A DNA stretch of 64,000 nt, from positions 25,851 through 89,850 of the forward strand of contig JBMYSY010000010.1 in NCBI GenBank assembly GCA_049603795.1, written 5' to 3'. Both the position numbers and the translations under genes were made by a program. Source of the DNA: Magnetovibrionaceae bacterium (GTDB lineage: Bacteria; Pseudomonadota; Alphaproteobacteria; Rhodospirillales; JBMYSY01). The notes under the pieces were generated by a model. It had not been told where the DNA came from. It saw only the letters and a program-made list of their open reading frames with translations, and did no database searches. This document shows, one piece after another, positions 8,966 through 19,040 of the stretch; positions within the stretch are counted from its first letter, which is position 1; every line of letters starts with the position of its first letter.

Positions 8966-9679
8966 ATGCCAGTCGCAACCGTTTCCTCTCAGCAGGGCCG
9001 TTATGAAGTCCATCGGCCCGATCGCGGGGACCCCTCGCTTCGCACGCTTTTCATCCTCTGTTTCTGCTCGATCTCGCTGCTCGCCGCTGTGATTTACTGG
9101 GGTGGCGAAAAGCTGCAGGGCAAGCCCTGGGATTTTGCCGGGCTCTTCCAGGAGGCGATTTTCGGTTCAACAGGTGACGCCAGCCGATTGCCAATAGCCG
9201 GAATCGCCCTGGGCGACACCCTGCCTTCGATCCGGGGCCAGCTGCCGGGTCTCCTGTTCCAGGAGGATACCTCGGGCCGGTTGTCCGCCCAGGCCAGCCT
9301 TGATGGCGGGAAGCTTGCGATTTCCTTCCTGGAGGCCGATCACGGACCAATCGTCGGTCGGATCAGCTTCCGGGCGACCTATCTGGATTTCTCGGAAACC
9401 GAAGTGACTCGCGCACTCCAGCAACGCTTCGGGAAGCCGCTGGCCACCGAATGCGGCACAAACATCACAATTGACACAAAAGGCTGTACGTTCTCTTGGG
9501 TCAGAGACAATGGAAACCGCATCGAAGCGCGATTGAGCTCTCCGCGCATGAAACGCAAAGGTCGGGAAGCCCCCCTGAATGTGGTCATCAGCTTGACGGA
9601 TTACCGCGAAGCAACACTGCCGGTCGCCATGGCGGATCTGACCAGCCTGAATGGAGAGCAGGAACGACTCCCCTTTTAG
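8966..9679 (+). CDS. Hypothetical membrane-anchored protein
   Basis: 237 aa. One N-terminal TM helix (LRTLFILCFCSISLLAAVIYWGG) followed by a soluble domain of about 190 aa. GAGG RBS-like sequence (8960-8963) upstream of the ATG. No family recognised. Confidence 0.6.
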   Translation: MPVATVSSQQGRYEVHRPDRGDPSLRTLFILCFCSISLLAAVIYWGGEKLQGKPWDFAGLFQEAIFGSTGDASRLPIAGIALGDTLPSIRGQLPGLLFQEDTSGRLSAQASLDGGKLAISFLEADHGPIVGRISFRATYLDFSETEVTRALQQRFGKPLATECGTNITIDTKGCTFSWVRDNGNRIEARLSSPRMKRKGREAPLNVVISLTDYREATLPVAMADLTSLNGEQERLPF

Positions 9680-9758
9680 AACCTGATCGGCATCAAGTTT
9701 AGTGCTAAGAAGTCGTCAGAGGCTCGCCTGAGACCGCCCCGCCTCTTCTGCAGGTGTC

Positions 9759-10232
9759 CTATTTGATCGGAACGCAGAGATCGGTCAGGCATTCTTCGGG
9801 TGCGACGAGGTTCGGATCGTTGAGATAGACCTCGAGGCAGGGCCGCTCGGGATCGTAATCGCCTTCGATCTCGTTCATGCCCACCGACATGATCTCGCCA
9901 AATACCCGACCGATATCGCGATATGGTCCCTTGTGGCGACAAATGGCATAGCGCCCGCCGTCAATCCATTCGACAGCGATGCCTTCGTCAAAATCCGGGA
10001 CGGCACTGACCGACAGGGCCATGCAAGCATCGTACTTTCGGTCCTTCGCCGGATCCCCGGTCGGGTCATCCCAGCAAATTCCGAAAGCGGCGACGAATTC
10101 CTTGTAGAGGTCCTTGGATTTCACATAGGCCCAAAGTTCATCCCAGACCTTAGGCGCAACCTTGGCGTAGGCCCCGACGCCTCTGAGATAAATCACCTCT
10201 CGACGCGGGATGTCCTCAATACGGATCTCCAA
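9759..10232 (-). CDS. GyrI-like small-molecule-binding domain protein
   Basis: Layout typical of GyrI-like/SOUL-type effector-binding domains (RIEDIP..VIYLRGVGAY ... CLEVYLNDP). TTG at 10232 is preceded by GGGAGGA and is preferred over the ORF-track start at 10265. Confidence 0.7.
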   Translation of the reverse strand: MEIRIEDIPRREVIYLRGVGAYAKVAPKVWDELWAYVKSKDLYKEFVAAFGICWDDPTGDPAKDRKYDACMALSVSAVPDFDEGIAVEWIDGGRYAICRHKGPYRDIGRVFGEIMSVGMNEIEGDYDPERPCLEVYLNDPNLVAPEECLTDLCVPIK

Positions 10233-10440
10233 TTCAGTCCTCCCTGAAAAACGTTTGCGACCCAAGAAGCACTGAGACTGCCGAATTCCCGCAGACTTGA
10301 CCAGAGCAAAAAATCAGACGTTCGGATTGAAGGCCCTCACCGGCGATGAACGCATACAGTTCAGAGGCTTCAGGCGATCGCTGCCACGGGTCCAAGTGTG
10401 GTACCTTGGCGAAATGCGGCCCATTGACTAGGTCTAAGGA

Positions 10441-10893
10441 ATGCACAAGCGTATCGTCGAACCCGCCCTCGCCCGCCTTGATCCCGATCGGGCCACTTAT
10501 TTTTCCGAAGTGGCCCACCGATTGGAAGGCGACAGCCGTGCACAGGAAGACGCCAATCTAGTCTTTTCGGTGCTCGCAGCAAGTTGCGGAGATCTGCCAC
10601 CCCATCTGCCGATTGACGATTTCATCAACCGCCTTCTGGTCTTCACCGGCCAAAACAAACGGTCATTCCTACGCGTTCTCTACAGCCGGGCCTATCTGCA
10701 CAACCCAAACATTCTGCAGAAACACACGAAAGGATTCGTTGCTGAGGTGATCGGTGAAGTCATGCGCAGGGGGGCCGAGGGCGAGTTGGATCATGACGAG
10801 CCCCAGGTCTACACCTTCGGCCCCGGCGATGATCCGTCGTTCTTCCCCTACGCCGACCCCGACGAAGACGATGAAGAGGACGTTTGGCGTTAG
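10441..10893 (+). CDS. Hypothetical protein with acidic C-terminus
   Basis: 150 aa. AAGGA RBS directly upstream. No family recognised. C-terminal tail DPDEDDEEDVWR. Confidence 0.55.
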   Translation: MHKRIVEPALARLDPDRATYFSEVAHRLEGDSRAQEDANLVFSVLAASCGDLPPHLPIDDFINRLLVFTGQNKRSFLRVLYSRAYLHNPNILQKHTKGFVAEVIGEVMRRGAEGELDHDEPQVYTFGPGDDPSFFPYADPDEDDEEDVWR

Positions 10894-11423
10894 ACCGGCT
10901 TCGCTTTCAAAAACCCACTCAAACCCTTGAACGGCAGCAGAAGCAGCAGCGCCATGGTCATTTTTGCGCCGAAATCGCCCGCAGCCCAGGTGATCCAGGG
11001 CAGTCCGGTACCGGCGAAGGCCAGGCTGAAAAACAGCACCGTATCCAGAATCGAGCCCAAGGTTGACGAAACCAGTGGAGCCATCCACCAGGTCTGATTG
11101 CGCAGCCGGTTGAACACGGTCACGTCCAGCAGCTGTGCGGTCAGAAAAGCCGTGCCGGAGGCGATGGCGATCCGCACATCCGCAAACACCAAAGACAGAG
11201 CAACACCCACGGCAAAACCGGCATAGACCACATACCGCGCCCGATCAGGACCGAGCGTCCGGTTGGTCAGGTCGGTCACCAGAAAGGCGATGGGATAGGT
11301 AAAGGCCCCCCAGGTCAGCCAATCATTGATTGGATGTTGAACCAGGATGTTTGAAGCCACGACGACAACGGTCATGGCGATCACGCCCAGGCTCAAACCC
11401 TTCCAGTCGATGGTGCCGGTCAT
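10890..11423 (-). CDS. Queuosine-precursor transporter family protein (YhhQ/DUF165-like)
   Basis: Multi-TM. FTYPIAFLVTDLTNR and LDTVLFFSLAF motifs are characteristic of the YhhQ family. ATG at 11423 is preferred over TTG at 11459. Confidence 0.78.
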   Translation of the reverse strand: MTGTIDWKGLSLGVIAMTVVVVASNILVQHPINDWLTWGAFTYPIAFLVTDLTNRTLGPDRARYVVYAGFAVGVALSLVFADVRIAIASGTAFLTAQLLDVTVFNRLRNQTWWMAPLVSSTLGSILDTVLFFSLAFAGTGLPWITWAAGDFGAKMTMALLLLLPFKGLSGFLKAKPV

Positions 11424-11504
11424 AGTGCAAGTCCCCAATAGAGCAGAAGCCGCGGACAATACGCTCCGGCCCCGGACAGATCAAGTTGGGAAATATTGAC
11501 CGAA

Positions 11505-12290
11505 TTACGTGGCTGGAACCCCCTTGCCGGGGCAATAGGCCCCTCCCAGGATCGGTCCGCTCCGTTCAGCCTGGACAAGCACCGCGCAGCCCTGATTGGC
11601 ACCCAACCGGACACCTTTGATGGAAAGGCTCTGCGCCGAGCCGCCATATGCCCCGATGGCGGCGACATCCCGGACAATGTTGTGGCTGGTGAGCGTCTTG
11701 CCCTTGTTTTCGCCGGATTTGACCTTTGTCGTATGTTCGAGGTCAAAGATGGCAAGCAAGACCCTGCCCGGAACACCGCTCGCCGGAAGGGCAATGGTCA
11801 AATCAAAGCTATCTTCGTCGGAGGGAGCCTTCTCCACCATCATCGGTATTCCAGGTCGTTCCCGGTTCTGACCAATGGCCCGTTCGACGTCTCGGACACG
11901 AGACCCGACAACTTCCCACTGGCCGCCAATCACCATCTGCGGGGTGTAGACGGAACCGGTGCCCCGAATAGACCGGTTATAGTCCCTCTGACGTTGCGTA
12001 AAAGCTGGATCGGAAAAGGGATCCTTCCACTTTCCCGCAAGGCCGTAGATCAAGTCGTCCCAATAATCCACGTGCCATTCAAGCGCCAGAATTCCCGGCT
12101 GCTTGGAGAGTTCGCCCAGGAGCTTTTCCGCCGGTGGACAGGAATAGCAGCCTTGCGAGGTGAACAGTTCAACCACCACGGGCTGTTCACCGGCAGAGGC
12201 GGAGGTGGCCTGAAAGGCGAGGCCCAGGCTGGCTGCCATCAGTACCGAACGGCGGAGCGGCCTGGAAATGCGGGAAAGGATCTGTTTCAT
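11505..12290 (-). CDS. DUF1223 family secreted protein (thioredoxin-like CxxC)
   Basis: From ATG 12290 there is a signal peptide (MKQILSRISRPLRRSVLMAASLGLAFQATSASA). ELFTSQGCYSCPPAE and WHVDYWD motifs are typical of DUF1223. Confidence 0.78.
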   Translation of the reverse strand: MKQILSRISRPLRRSVLMAASLGLAFQATSASAGEQPVVVELFTSQGCYSCPPAEKLLGELSKQPGILALEWHVDYWDDLIYGLAGKWKDPFSDPAFTQRQRDYNRSIRGTGSVYTPQMVIGGQWEVVGSRVRDVERAIGQNRERPGIPMMVEKAPSDEDSFDLTIALPASGVPGRVLLAIFDLEHTTKVKSGENKGKTLTSHNIVRDVAAIGAYGGSAQSLSIKGVRLGANQGCAVLVQAERSGPILGGAYCPGKGVPAT

Positions 12291-12373
12291 GCCCTCTATC
12301 TGGCGAAAGTCCCCGGTCACGGTCCAGACACAAGGCTGTGAGGCAATCTTGGCCACGCCATCACAAAGGCAAC

Positions 12374-13003
12374 TCACCAGGGCATCGGAACCGGCTCGAC
12401 CCCGAAAATGAACCCGTGGAGGGCCAGCACCACAATCCACATGGCCAGGGCCATAAGCCAACCCTGTGGCCGAAGCCCCCGCCAATCCAGCCTCGAACGC
12501 CCCGCCATGATCGCGGCGAAGGGGATGTTGGAGGTCTGGTCATCAAAGCCGAGGCGACGATCCAGCTGCCAGGTTCCCAAGGGCACGAGGAGCGCCATCG
12601 ATCCGAAGAAGATCCAAGCCGCCAGATCGCCATTTGCGATCATGTGCAGGACCGCCCAGAGAAAAACACCCCAAAGGACCGGATTGCGGGTGATGGTGCG
12701 AATGCCAGAGGCCGTCCCGCCATGCGGCTTCGGCATGTTTCCAAAGGCGATCAAGGCGAAGGCAAAAAACATCAGTGTGACGGTGATGTGGCGAAGCGGT
12801 AGTGGCGGATCATACAGTCCGACGTAAGGCGCTTCGGCAAAAGCCCAGATGGCAAGGCCCAGCGTGCCAAGGGCAACCAAGGCAAAAAGTCCGCGAAAGC
12901 CAGTCCTGCCCAGCTTTGCCGTGATCGGGTCACGAAGGTTCGAATTGCCGAGCAACAGATGACTGCCGCAGAACAACAGCATGGCCAGAACCAGGTAGGT
13001 CAT
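12374..13003 (-). CDS. NnrU family membrane protein
   Basis: From ATG 13003 (GGAG RBS) a protein of about 209 aa with multiple TM helices. RNPVLWGVFLWAVLHMIANGD motif is typical of NnrU. Starts 13 nt downstream of the livF-like gene. Confidence 0.75.
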   Translation of the reverse strand: MTYLVLAMLLFCGSHLLLGNSNLRDPITAKLGRTGFRGLFALVALGTLGLAIWAFAEAPYVGLYDPPLPLRHITVTLMFFAFALIAFGNMPKPHGGTASGIRTITRNPVLWGVFLWAVLHMIANGDLAAWIFFGSMALLVPLGTWQLDRRLGFDDQTSNIPFAAIMAGRSRLDWRGLRPQGWLMALAMWIVVLALHGFIFGVEPVPMPW

Positions 13004-13016
13004 CCGGGACTCCTTA

Positions 13017-13712
13017 TCAGGCCTCGAGGTAGGCCCGTCTGATCTGTTCATCGGCAGCCAGTTCCGCCATGGTCCCCGTCCAGCGACCGTATCCCGTTTC
13101 CAAAATAACAGCCCGGTCGGCCAAAGCATTGGCAAAACGCACATTCTGTTCGGCCAAGAGGATGGAGAGACCTTCCTGTTTCAGCGCCTGAATGGCATCG
13201 GCCAGATTTTCGACGATTTTCGGTGCCAACCCCTCTGACGGTTCGTCCAGCAATACGATTCTGGGGTTTCCCGCCAGGGTTCGGGCAAGCGCGAGCATCT
13301 GTTGTTCGCCGCCGCTGATGCGCGCCCCCAGGCGGTCCCGCAATTCAGCGAGATTGGGGAAAAGTTCGAACAGGCGTTTGTCGGTCCAAGGCCCTGGCGC
13401 ATCCCCACGCCTTCCGGCCTTCAGGTTCTCTTCAACGGTCAGGCCCGGGAAAATCCGCCGCTCTTCGGGCACATAGCCAATGCCCAAGCGGATGATAGGC
13501 GCGGTCGGCAGCTTCATCAGGTCCGCGTTCCGCAACCGAATAGCACCTCTGCGTTCCGGGATCAGCCCGACCACGGCCTTCAGCAGGCTGGACTTCCCCG
13601 CCCCGTTCCGGCCGAGTAGGCTCAGAACCTCCCCTTCCCTCAGTTCCAGGGAAATCCCGTGTAGGGCGGTCGCCGCGCCATAACCGGCAAACAGGTTTTC
13701 AACGGTGAGCAT
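13017..13712 (-). CDS. LIV-type ABC transporter ATP-binding protein (LivF-like)
   Basis: Walker A GRNGAGKSS, signature SGGEQQMLALAR, Walker B IVLLDEPS. Confidence 0.92.
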   Translation of the reverse strand: MLTVENLFAGYGAATALHGISLELREGEVLSLLGRNGAGKSSLLKAVVGLIPERRGAIRLRNADLMKLPTAPIIRLGIGYVPEERRIFPGLTVEENLKAGRRGDAPGPWTDKRLFELFPNLAELRDRLGARISGGEQQMLALARTLAGNPRIVLLDEPSEGLAPKIVENLADAIQALKQEGLSILLAEQNVRFANALADRAVILETGYGRWTGTMAELAADEQIRRAYLEA

Positions 13713-14472
13713 GGTCCGTCACCTCCTGATCGCCGAAACGCGTGCCAAGATAGATTTCTCGGACCGTATCATTGCGCCGGACAGCCTCCGGTGATCCATC
13801 GGCGACCAATTGCCCCCGATGCAGGACGATCACGCGCTCAGCCGTGCCGAAGACGATCTCCATGTCGTGTTCGGTGAACAAGACGGTCAGGTTTTGACGA
13901 CGGCGGAGAACCTGGATCAACTCCATCAAGGGACCACGGTCCGCCTTGGCCATCCCGGCGGTCGGCTCGTCCAACAACAGCAGCCGCGGCTTTGATGCCA
14001 GGGCGATGGCGATCTCCAGGCGCTTCACATCCCCATAGGCCAGATTGGCCACGGGCTGCTCTCGAAGCGCCTGCAGGTTAACATCATCCAGGAGCGAATC
14101 CACGGAAGCCGTCACGTTCTGGCGTCTGCGCCAGGGCATCCGGGATCGCCCGCTTGCAATCTCCAGGGCGGTGCGCAGGTTCTCCTCAACGGACATCGAG
14201 GCGAAGGCCGAGGCGATTTGAAAGGTTCGCCCGATGCCGGCCCGGGCGACCGCCTGGGGTTTCAGATCGGTAATGTCCTGTCCGTCGAACCTGATGCGAC
14301 CCTCGGTGGGTTTAATTTGACCGCCCAGCAAATTGAAACAAGTGCTCTTGCCCGCGCCATTCGGTCCGATGATTGCGGTCGCTGACCCTGGATCGAGCGT
14401 GAAATCCACACCTTCCAGGGCGCGGAACCCGTCATAGGATTTGCTTAAATGTTCCACGACGAGCAGGCTCAT
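13699..14472 (-). CDS. LIV-type ABC transporter ATP-binding protein (LivG-like)
   Basis: Walker A GPNGAGKST, Walker B LLLLDEPTAGM. ATG at 14472 forms a 4-nt overlap with the upstream permease stop. The longer ORF-track N-terminus is unlikely. Confidence 0.9.
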   Translation of the reverse strand: MSLLVVEHLSKSYDGFRALEGVDFTLDPGSATAIIGPNGAGKSTCFNLLGGQIKPTEGRIRFDGQDITDLKPQAVARAGIGRTFQIASAFASMSVEENLRTALEIASGRSRMPWRRRQNVTASVDSLLDDVNLQALREQPVANLAYGDVKRLEIAIALASKPRLLLLDEPTAGMAKADRGPLMELIQVLRRRQNLTVLFTEHDMEIVFGTAERVIVLHRGQLVADGSPEAVRRNDTVREIYLGTRFGDQEVTDHAHR

Positions 14473-16286
14473 GACCGTTGCCATCCCAGTTTGCGGAACA
14501 GCTGCCCAAGCCCGCCCGGCAGCAGAAGTACACAAGCGATGATGATAGAGCCGAGAATGGCGCGCCAAAGATCGGTCTCGGAGGCGATACCGATCTTGAG
14601 TCCCGTAAAGGTGACAGCCCCCAAAAGCGGGCCCGCCAGGGTCTGAAGCCCACCCAGAAGCACCATCACAAGCCCGTCAACCGAGACCGGAATTGCCAGC
14701 ACGTCGGGGAAAACACTGCCCTTCAGAAAGGCATAGAGCCCGCCTGCCAAGCCCGCAGCGCCACCGGCGATGATAAAGGCGATCCATTGTTGCGTCTGCG
14801 CGCCGAGACCACAGGCCTCTGCCCGGGCCCGCGCGTCCCGTACCGCCCTCAACCCGAAGCCGAAGGGCGAAAAGACAACTTTGTAGAGCAGAAAAAGAAC
14901 AAGCACACCAAGCCCCAGGGTCAGCCAATAAAAGGCCGAAGGCGATCCGAGCGCCTTCGGCGGCCAAACGCCAAGGATTCCGTTGTCTCCGCCGGTGAAG
15001 CCGTACCATTGGAAAGCGGCGGCCCAGGTGATCTGCGCGAAGGCCAGGGTCAGCATGGCGAGATACACCCCACTCAGGCGGACCGCGAACCAGCCGAACA
15101 GGGCCGCACCGGCACCGGCTACCAGAGGGGCCACGATCAAGGCCGCCCCCATCGGCGCGCCCAGGTGACTGACAACCAAAGCCGAACCATAAGCCCCGAG
15201 GCCCAGATAGGCAGCATGGCCAAAGGAAACCATGCCGCCGAGGCCCATGATCAGATGCAGACTGGCGGCAAAAACGGCGAAGATCACTATCTCGGTCGCC
15301 ACGTTCAGGCCAAAGGCATCCAGCCAGAACGGTGCCGCCACCAGGGCCAGCAAGACAAAGGCTCCCCCAATCCGGGCCCGCCTGCCCAACGGTCGGAGAT
15401 GGGGTTCCGATCGAGGACCGTGCAGGACCGACTCAGGCCGCCCCAACAGCCCCCAGGGCCGAACAACCAAGACCACGGCCATCACCAGGAAGACCAGAAC
15501 CAGCGTAATTTCCGGCAGGATGACGATGCCGAAGGCATGCAGCTCGCCGATCAATACGGCGGCGAGGAATGCGCCCGGCAAAGAGCCCATACCGCCGATA
15601 ACGACCACAACAAAAACTTCCGCGATGATGCTGAGGTCCATCAGCAGGTTGGCTGGCTCGCGCGGCATCTGAACCGCCCCGCCAAGACCTGCCAGGGCGG
15701 CACCGATGAAGAACACCAGCGTGAAAAGGCGCTTCTGATCGACGCCCAGAGCGGCCAGCATCTCCCGATCCTGCGACGCGGCCCGGACCAGGATGCCGAA
15801 CCGGGTCCGGTGCAAAAGGAACCAAAGCCCGCCCAAGACGAGGGGCCCCAGAATGATCAGGAACAGGTCATAGGTGGGGATGCTGCTGCCCGAGATGGAG
15901 ATGGCACCATCCAGGCCGGGTGCCCGCGGACCCAAAATATCGTCAGGACCCCAGATGGCGAGCGTCACGTCGGCCAGAATCAGAACAACGGCGAAGGTGG
16001 CGACCAGCTGCACCAACTCCGGTGCTCCATAGAGCCTGCGAAGCAGCAAGACCTCCAACAGCACTCCGACGATGCCGACACCCAGGGAAGCGCCGACCAA
16101 GGCCCACCAGAACCCGACTATGGGGGCCAGGGTGACGGCGAAATAGGCCCCCAGCATATAGAGCGAACCGTGGGCGAAGTTCACAATCCGGGTCACGCCA
16201 AAGATCAGGCTCAGACCCGAAGCAACCAGAAAAAGCGAAACCGCGCTGGCAAGGCCGGTCAGGAACTGCACGACGACGAAGCTCAT
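14469..16286 (-). CDS. Fused LivH/LivM-type ABC transporter permease
   Basis: 605 aa. The N-terminal half is LivH-like (LVASGLSLIFGVTRIVNFAHGSLYMLGAY). The C-terminal half is LivM-like (MGLGGMVSFGHAAYLGLGAY). Confidence 0.88.
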   Translation of the reverse strand: MSFVVVQFLTGLASAVSLFLVASGLSLIFGVTRIVNFAHGSLYMLGAYFAVTLAPIVGFWWALVGASLGVGIVGVLLEVLLLRRLYGAPELVQLVATFAVVLILADVTLAIWGPDDILGPRAPGLDGAISISGSSIPTYDLFLIILGPLVLGGLWFLLHRTRFGILVRAASQDREMLAALGVDQKRLFTLVFFIGAALAGLGGAVQMPREPANLLMDLSIIAEVFVVVVIGGMGSLPGAFLAAVLIGELHAFGIVILPEITLVLVFLVMAVVLVVRPWGLLGRPESVLHGPRSEPHLRPLGRRARIGGAFVLLALVAAPFWLDAFGLNVATEIVIFAVFAASLHLIMGLGGMVSFGHAAYLGLGAYGSALVVSHLGAPMGAALIVAPLVAGAGAALFGWFAVRLSGVYLAMLTLAFAQITWAAAFQWYGFTGGDNGILGVWPPKALGSPSAFYWLTLGLGVLVLFLLYKVVFSPFGFGLRAVRDARARAEACGLGAQTQQWIAFIIAGGAAGLAGGLYAFLKGSVFPDVLAIPVSVDGLVMVLLGGLQTLAGPLLGAVTFTGLKIGIASETDLWRAILGSIIIACVLLLPGGLGQLFRKLGWQRS

Positions 16287-16335
16287 GACCCGGTCTTGCC
16301 TACGCTCATTTGGCCTGCGTTATTTTGGGCGGCTT

Positions 16336-17559
16336 TTACTCGGCAGGACGAAGCTTCTTAACGGCTTCCGCATCCGGCAGATAATCGGCACCATCGCCGA
16401 ACCGCCAGTCAATCATGCGCGGCATGCCCTCTTCAACCGTCAGACGGCCGACATAGGTGCCCATGGTCGACTGCTGGTCACTTTCGCGATAGGTGATCGG
16501 GCCGATCGGTGTGTCGTGAGTCAACCCACGCAGGGCGGCAAGAACCGCTTCCGTCTCGGTGGAACCGGCCTTCTTGAAGGCCTCGGCAATGGAATACATC
16601 GCAGCATAGCCCACGACGGACCCCATTCGGGGGTAGTCTTCAAACTTCGCCATGTAACGCTGCTTGAAGGCCCCGTGCGCATCCGATTCGATGGCGTACC
16701 AGGGATAACCGGTCACGATCCAACCCTTTGGCGCTTCATCCTTCAGGCTGTCGATCCATTCCGGCTCACCGGACAACAAGCTGACTACTTCGCGGTTTTC
16801 GAACAGGCCGCGCGTCTTTCCTTCTCGCACGAATTTCGCAAGGTCGCCGCCAAAGGTAACGTTAAAGATGGCGTCGGGCTTTGCCTGTTCGAGAGCCGTG
16901 ATCGTGGCACCCGCATCGATCTTGAACAGGGCCGGCCATTGTTCGCCGACCCATTCGACGTCCGGACGTTTGGCGCTCAATAGTTCCTTGAAGGCCTTCA
17001 CGGCGGATTGGCCATACTCGTAGTTCGGCGCGAGTGTCGCCCAGCGCTTCGCCGGCAGTTTCGCGGCCTCCTCGGCCAGCATCGCGGCCTGGACATAGGT
17101 GCCCGGACGCAGCCGGAAGGTATGTGCATTGCCCTTCGCCCAGGCAATCGCGTCCGATAGCGGCTCGGCAGCAATAAAGGGAACATCCAGCTGCCGGGCG
17201 GTATCGGATATTGCCAGGCCAACGTTCGACAACAGGGTGCCGAACAGCAAAACAGCTCCTTCACGGCGGACCAATTCGTTGGCGACCGTCACGGCGTCCC
17301 CGGGCTTGGCACCGTCATCCTTGGAGACCACCACAAGCTTGGAGCCCAGTACGCCTCCGGCGGCGTTGATTTCATCCAGGGCCAGTTGCCAGCCCTGGCG
17401 ATAGGGTACGGTGAAGGCGGCAAGGCGGGTGTAGCTGTTCAACTCACCGATGACGATGTCGTCAGCGGCTTGGGCAGTCCGGCTGCCAGCAGCGGCCACG
17501 AGCCCAAAAACCATGGCCCCGACGGCCAGCTTCGCGGTGATCCCGCGGAAGGTAAACAT
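16336..17559 (-). CDS. LIV-type ABC transporter periplasmic substrate-binding protein
   Basis: 407 aa. Signal peptide ending AQAADD. Type-I binding-protein features. First gene of the permease/ATPase operon. Confidence 0.85.
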   Translation of the reverse strand: MFTFRGITAKLAVGAMVFGLVAAAGSRTAQAADDIVIGELNSYTRLAAFTVPYRQGWQLALDEINAAGGVLGSKLVVVSKDDGAKPGDAVTVANELVRREGAVLLFGTLLSNVGLAISDTARQLDVPFIAAEPLSDAIAWAKGNAHTFRLRPGTYVQAAMLAEEAAKLPAKRWATLAPNYEYGQSAVKAFKELLSAKRPDVEWVGEQWPALFKIDAGATITALEQAKPDAIFNVTFGGDLAKFVREGKTRGLFENREVVSLLSGEPEWIDSLKDEAPKGWIVTGYPWYAIESDAHGAFKQRYMAKFEDYPRMGSVVGYAAMYSIAEAFKKAGSTETEAVLAALRGLTHDTPIGPITYRESDQQSTMGTYVGRLTVEEGMPRMIDWRFGDGADYLPDAEAVKKLRPAE

Positions 17560-17765
17560 GATTGGGATTCCCCTTTGAATTCATCCTCAGGTCTTCAAAG
17601 AGCACCGGTGTTTTGCCCCGCCAACATGAAGCAGCGGGCCGAAACAAGTCGCCTCAAAGGCGAATTTCGTTTCATCTTGTTATTTTTGGAAAGCAAAACG
17701 GGCGTCTCGCGAAACTCTATAACCCGCGAATGTCGCGAAGGCAACCGGCAAACCCTTCCGGCTTT

Positions 17766-18251
17766 TCAGGTCGACGGTACCGTGGATTTTCGGGTGAGGA
17801 TGTAGACAGCTGCAGGAGCCATCAGGCCGCCTACGACCACCGGCAAAACCCAGCTCTCGGCAACAAAGACCGCCAGAACGAAGAGGCTCACGCCCATCAT
17901 GCCGATGGCTGAAACCTTTGCACCCACCGGTATCACCCGGTGGCTGTGCCACCGCCGCAACGGAGGCCCGAGTCGGGGATGATTCCACAGCCAGAGCTGG
18001 AATCGCTCCGAGCTCCGGGAAAAAGCCCATAGCGCCACGATCAGAAAGACCGTCGTCGGCAGCCCCGGAACCACGAGCCCAATCACACCAAGCGCCACGA
18101 GGAACCATCCCAGGCAAAGCAATCCGCGTCGCGCCCAGCACCCTGTGATCACGGGTGCAACAGGCACGGCCTCTTCCGTCGAACTGTTCCGCCGGCCCGG
18201 CATGACCGGACAACTAAAGCGGGGCTTGGAGCGTACTGGTTCTGTTGTCAT
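17766..18251 (-). CDS. DUF454 (YbaN-like) inner-membrane protein
   Basis: The C-terminal 161 aa of a long ORF. LGVIGLVVPGLPTTVFLIVALWAFSRSSERF is the YbaN signature. The upstream extension to 19070 is antisense to a well-supported phosphatase gene and is rejected. Confidence 0.72.
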   Translation of the reverse strand: MTTEPVRSKPRFSCPVMPGRRNSSTEEAVPVAPVITGCWARRGLLCLGWFLVALGVIGLVVPGLPTTVFLIVALWAFSRSSERFQLWLWNHPRLGPPLRRWHSHRVIPVGAKVSAIGMMGVSLFVLAVFVAESWVLPVVVGGLMAPAAVYILTRKSTVPST

Positions 18252-18371
18252 GATCCGCTTGGCCTCCGTCCTGCCCCACAGATGGGCTTGCCTTCGACCG
18301 CTTACCAGGGCAAAAGCCCCTGAGTTTAGACGGTTATCGGCAAAACCGATCAGCTTGAGTGACCGGACAGG

Positions 18372-19040
18372 ATGTTTCCTATGACGACAGTCTACATTGA
18401 TGCGGACGGAATTTGGAGTCAGCCACTTAGAGGGGCTTATCCAACCCCCCGCCCGGCCCTCTTTTTGGACCGCGACGGCGTCATCAATGTGGAGGTCGAC
18501 TATCTGCACAGGGCCGAGGACTGCCAACTGGAAGATGGTGCCGGGGCGACCATTCGACGCGCCAACGAACTGGGCATTGCTGTCGTTGTGGTCACCAACC
18601 AATCCGGCGTCGGTCGGGGTTATTTCGATTGGCAGGCATTCGACACGGTCCAGCAGGAACTGATGCGCCAACTGGCAAAAGAAGGCGCGGAACTGGATGC
18701 TGTTTACGCCTGCCCGTTCCACGAAAAGGCGGAACCGCCCTTCAACGTAGCGGACCACCCGGCACGCAAGCCGGCCCCCGGCATGCTTTTCCGTGCGATG
18801 GCCGATTTGAACCTGGAGGCCTCTCAATCCTGGATCGTCGGGGACAAGGCCGGTGACTTGGGTGCCGGGCGCAATGCCGGTCTGGCCGGCGGGCTCCACG
18901 TGCTTACGGGACATGGCAAAAAAGCCTCGGAGCAGGAAAAATCCAAGGCATTGGCGCGAGAAGATTTCGAGGTGTTGCAAGCTTCCTCGATCAGGGATGC
19001 GGTCGCCTTGCCGTTGTTCAGCGCAGCCGGCGGCGTCTGA
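18372..19040 (+). CDS. HAD-IIIA phosphatase, D,D-heptose 1,7-bisphosphate phosphatase-like (GmhB family)
   Basis: Motif I LFLDRDGVIN, motif II VVVVTNQSGVGRG, and ARKPAPGM plus GDKAGDL motifs. Confidence 0.8.
   Translation: MFPMTTVYIDADGIWSQPLRGAYPTPRPALFLDRDGVINVEVDYLHRAEDCQLEDGAGATIRRANELGIAVVVVTNQSGVGRGYFDWQAFDTVQQELMRQLAKEGAELDAVYACPFHEKAEPPFNVADHPARKPAPGMLFRAMADLNLEASQSWIVGDKAGDLGAGRNAGLAGGLHVLTGHGKKASEQEKSKALAREDFEVLQASSIRDAVALPLFSAAGGV

Noticed and set aside
14478-16361. 627-aa ORF on the plus strand
   Set aside because: It is antisense to a clean fused LivH/LivM permease gene. Its translation is Arg/Gly/Pro/Gln/Asp-rich low complexity with no recognisable domain. This is a typical shadow ORF of high-GC DNA.
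17707-17739. Three CGCGAA units (two as TCGCGA palindromes) upstream of the LIV-type binding-protein gene
   Set aside because: The units are short and GC-rich, are expected often by chance in this genome, are irregularly spaced (17 and 9 nt), and have no supporting context.
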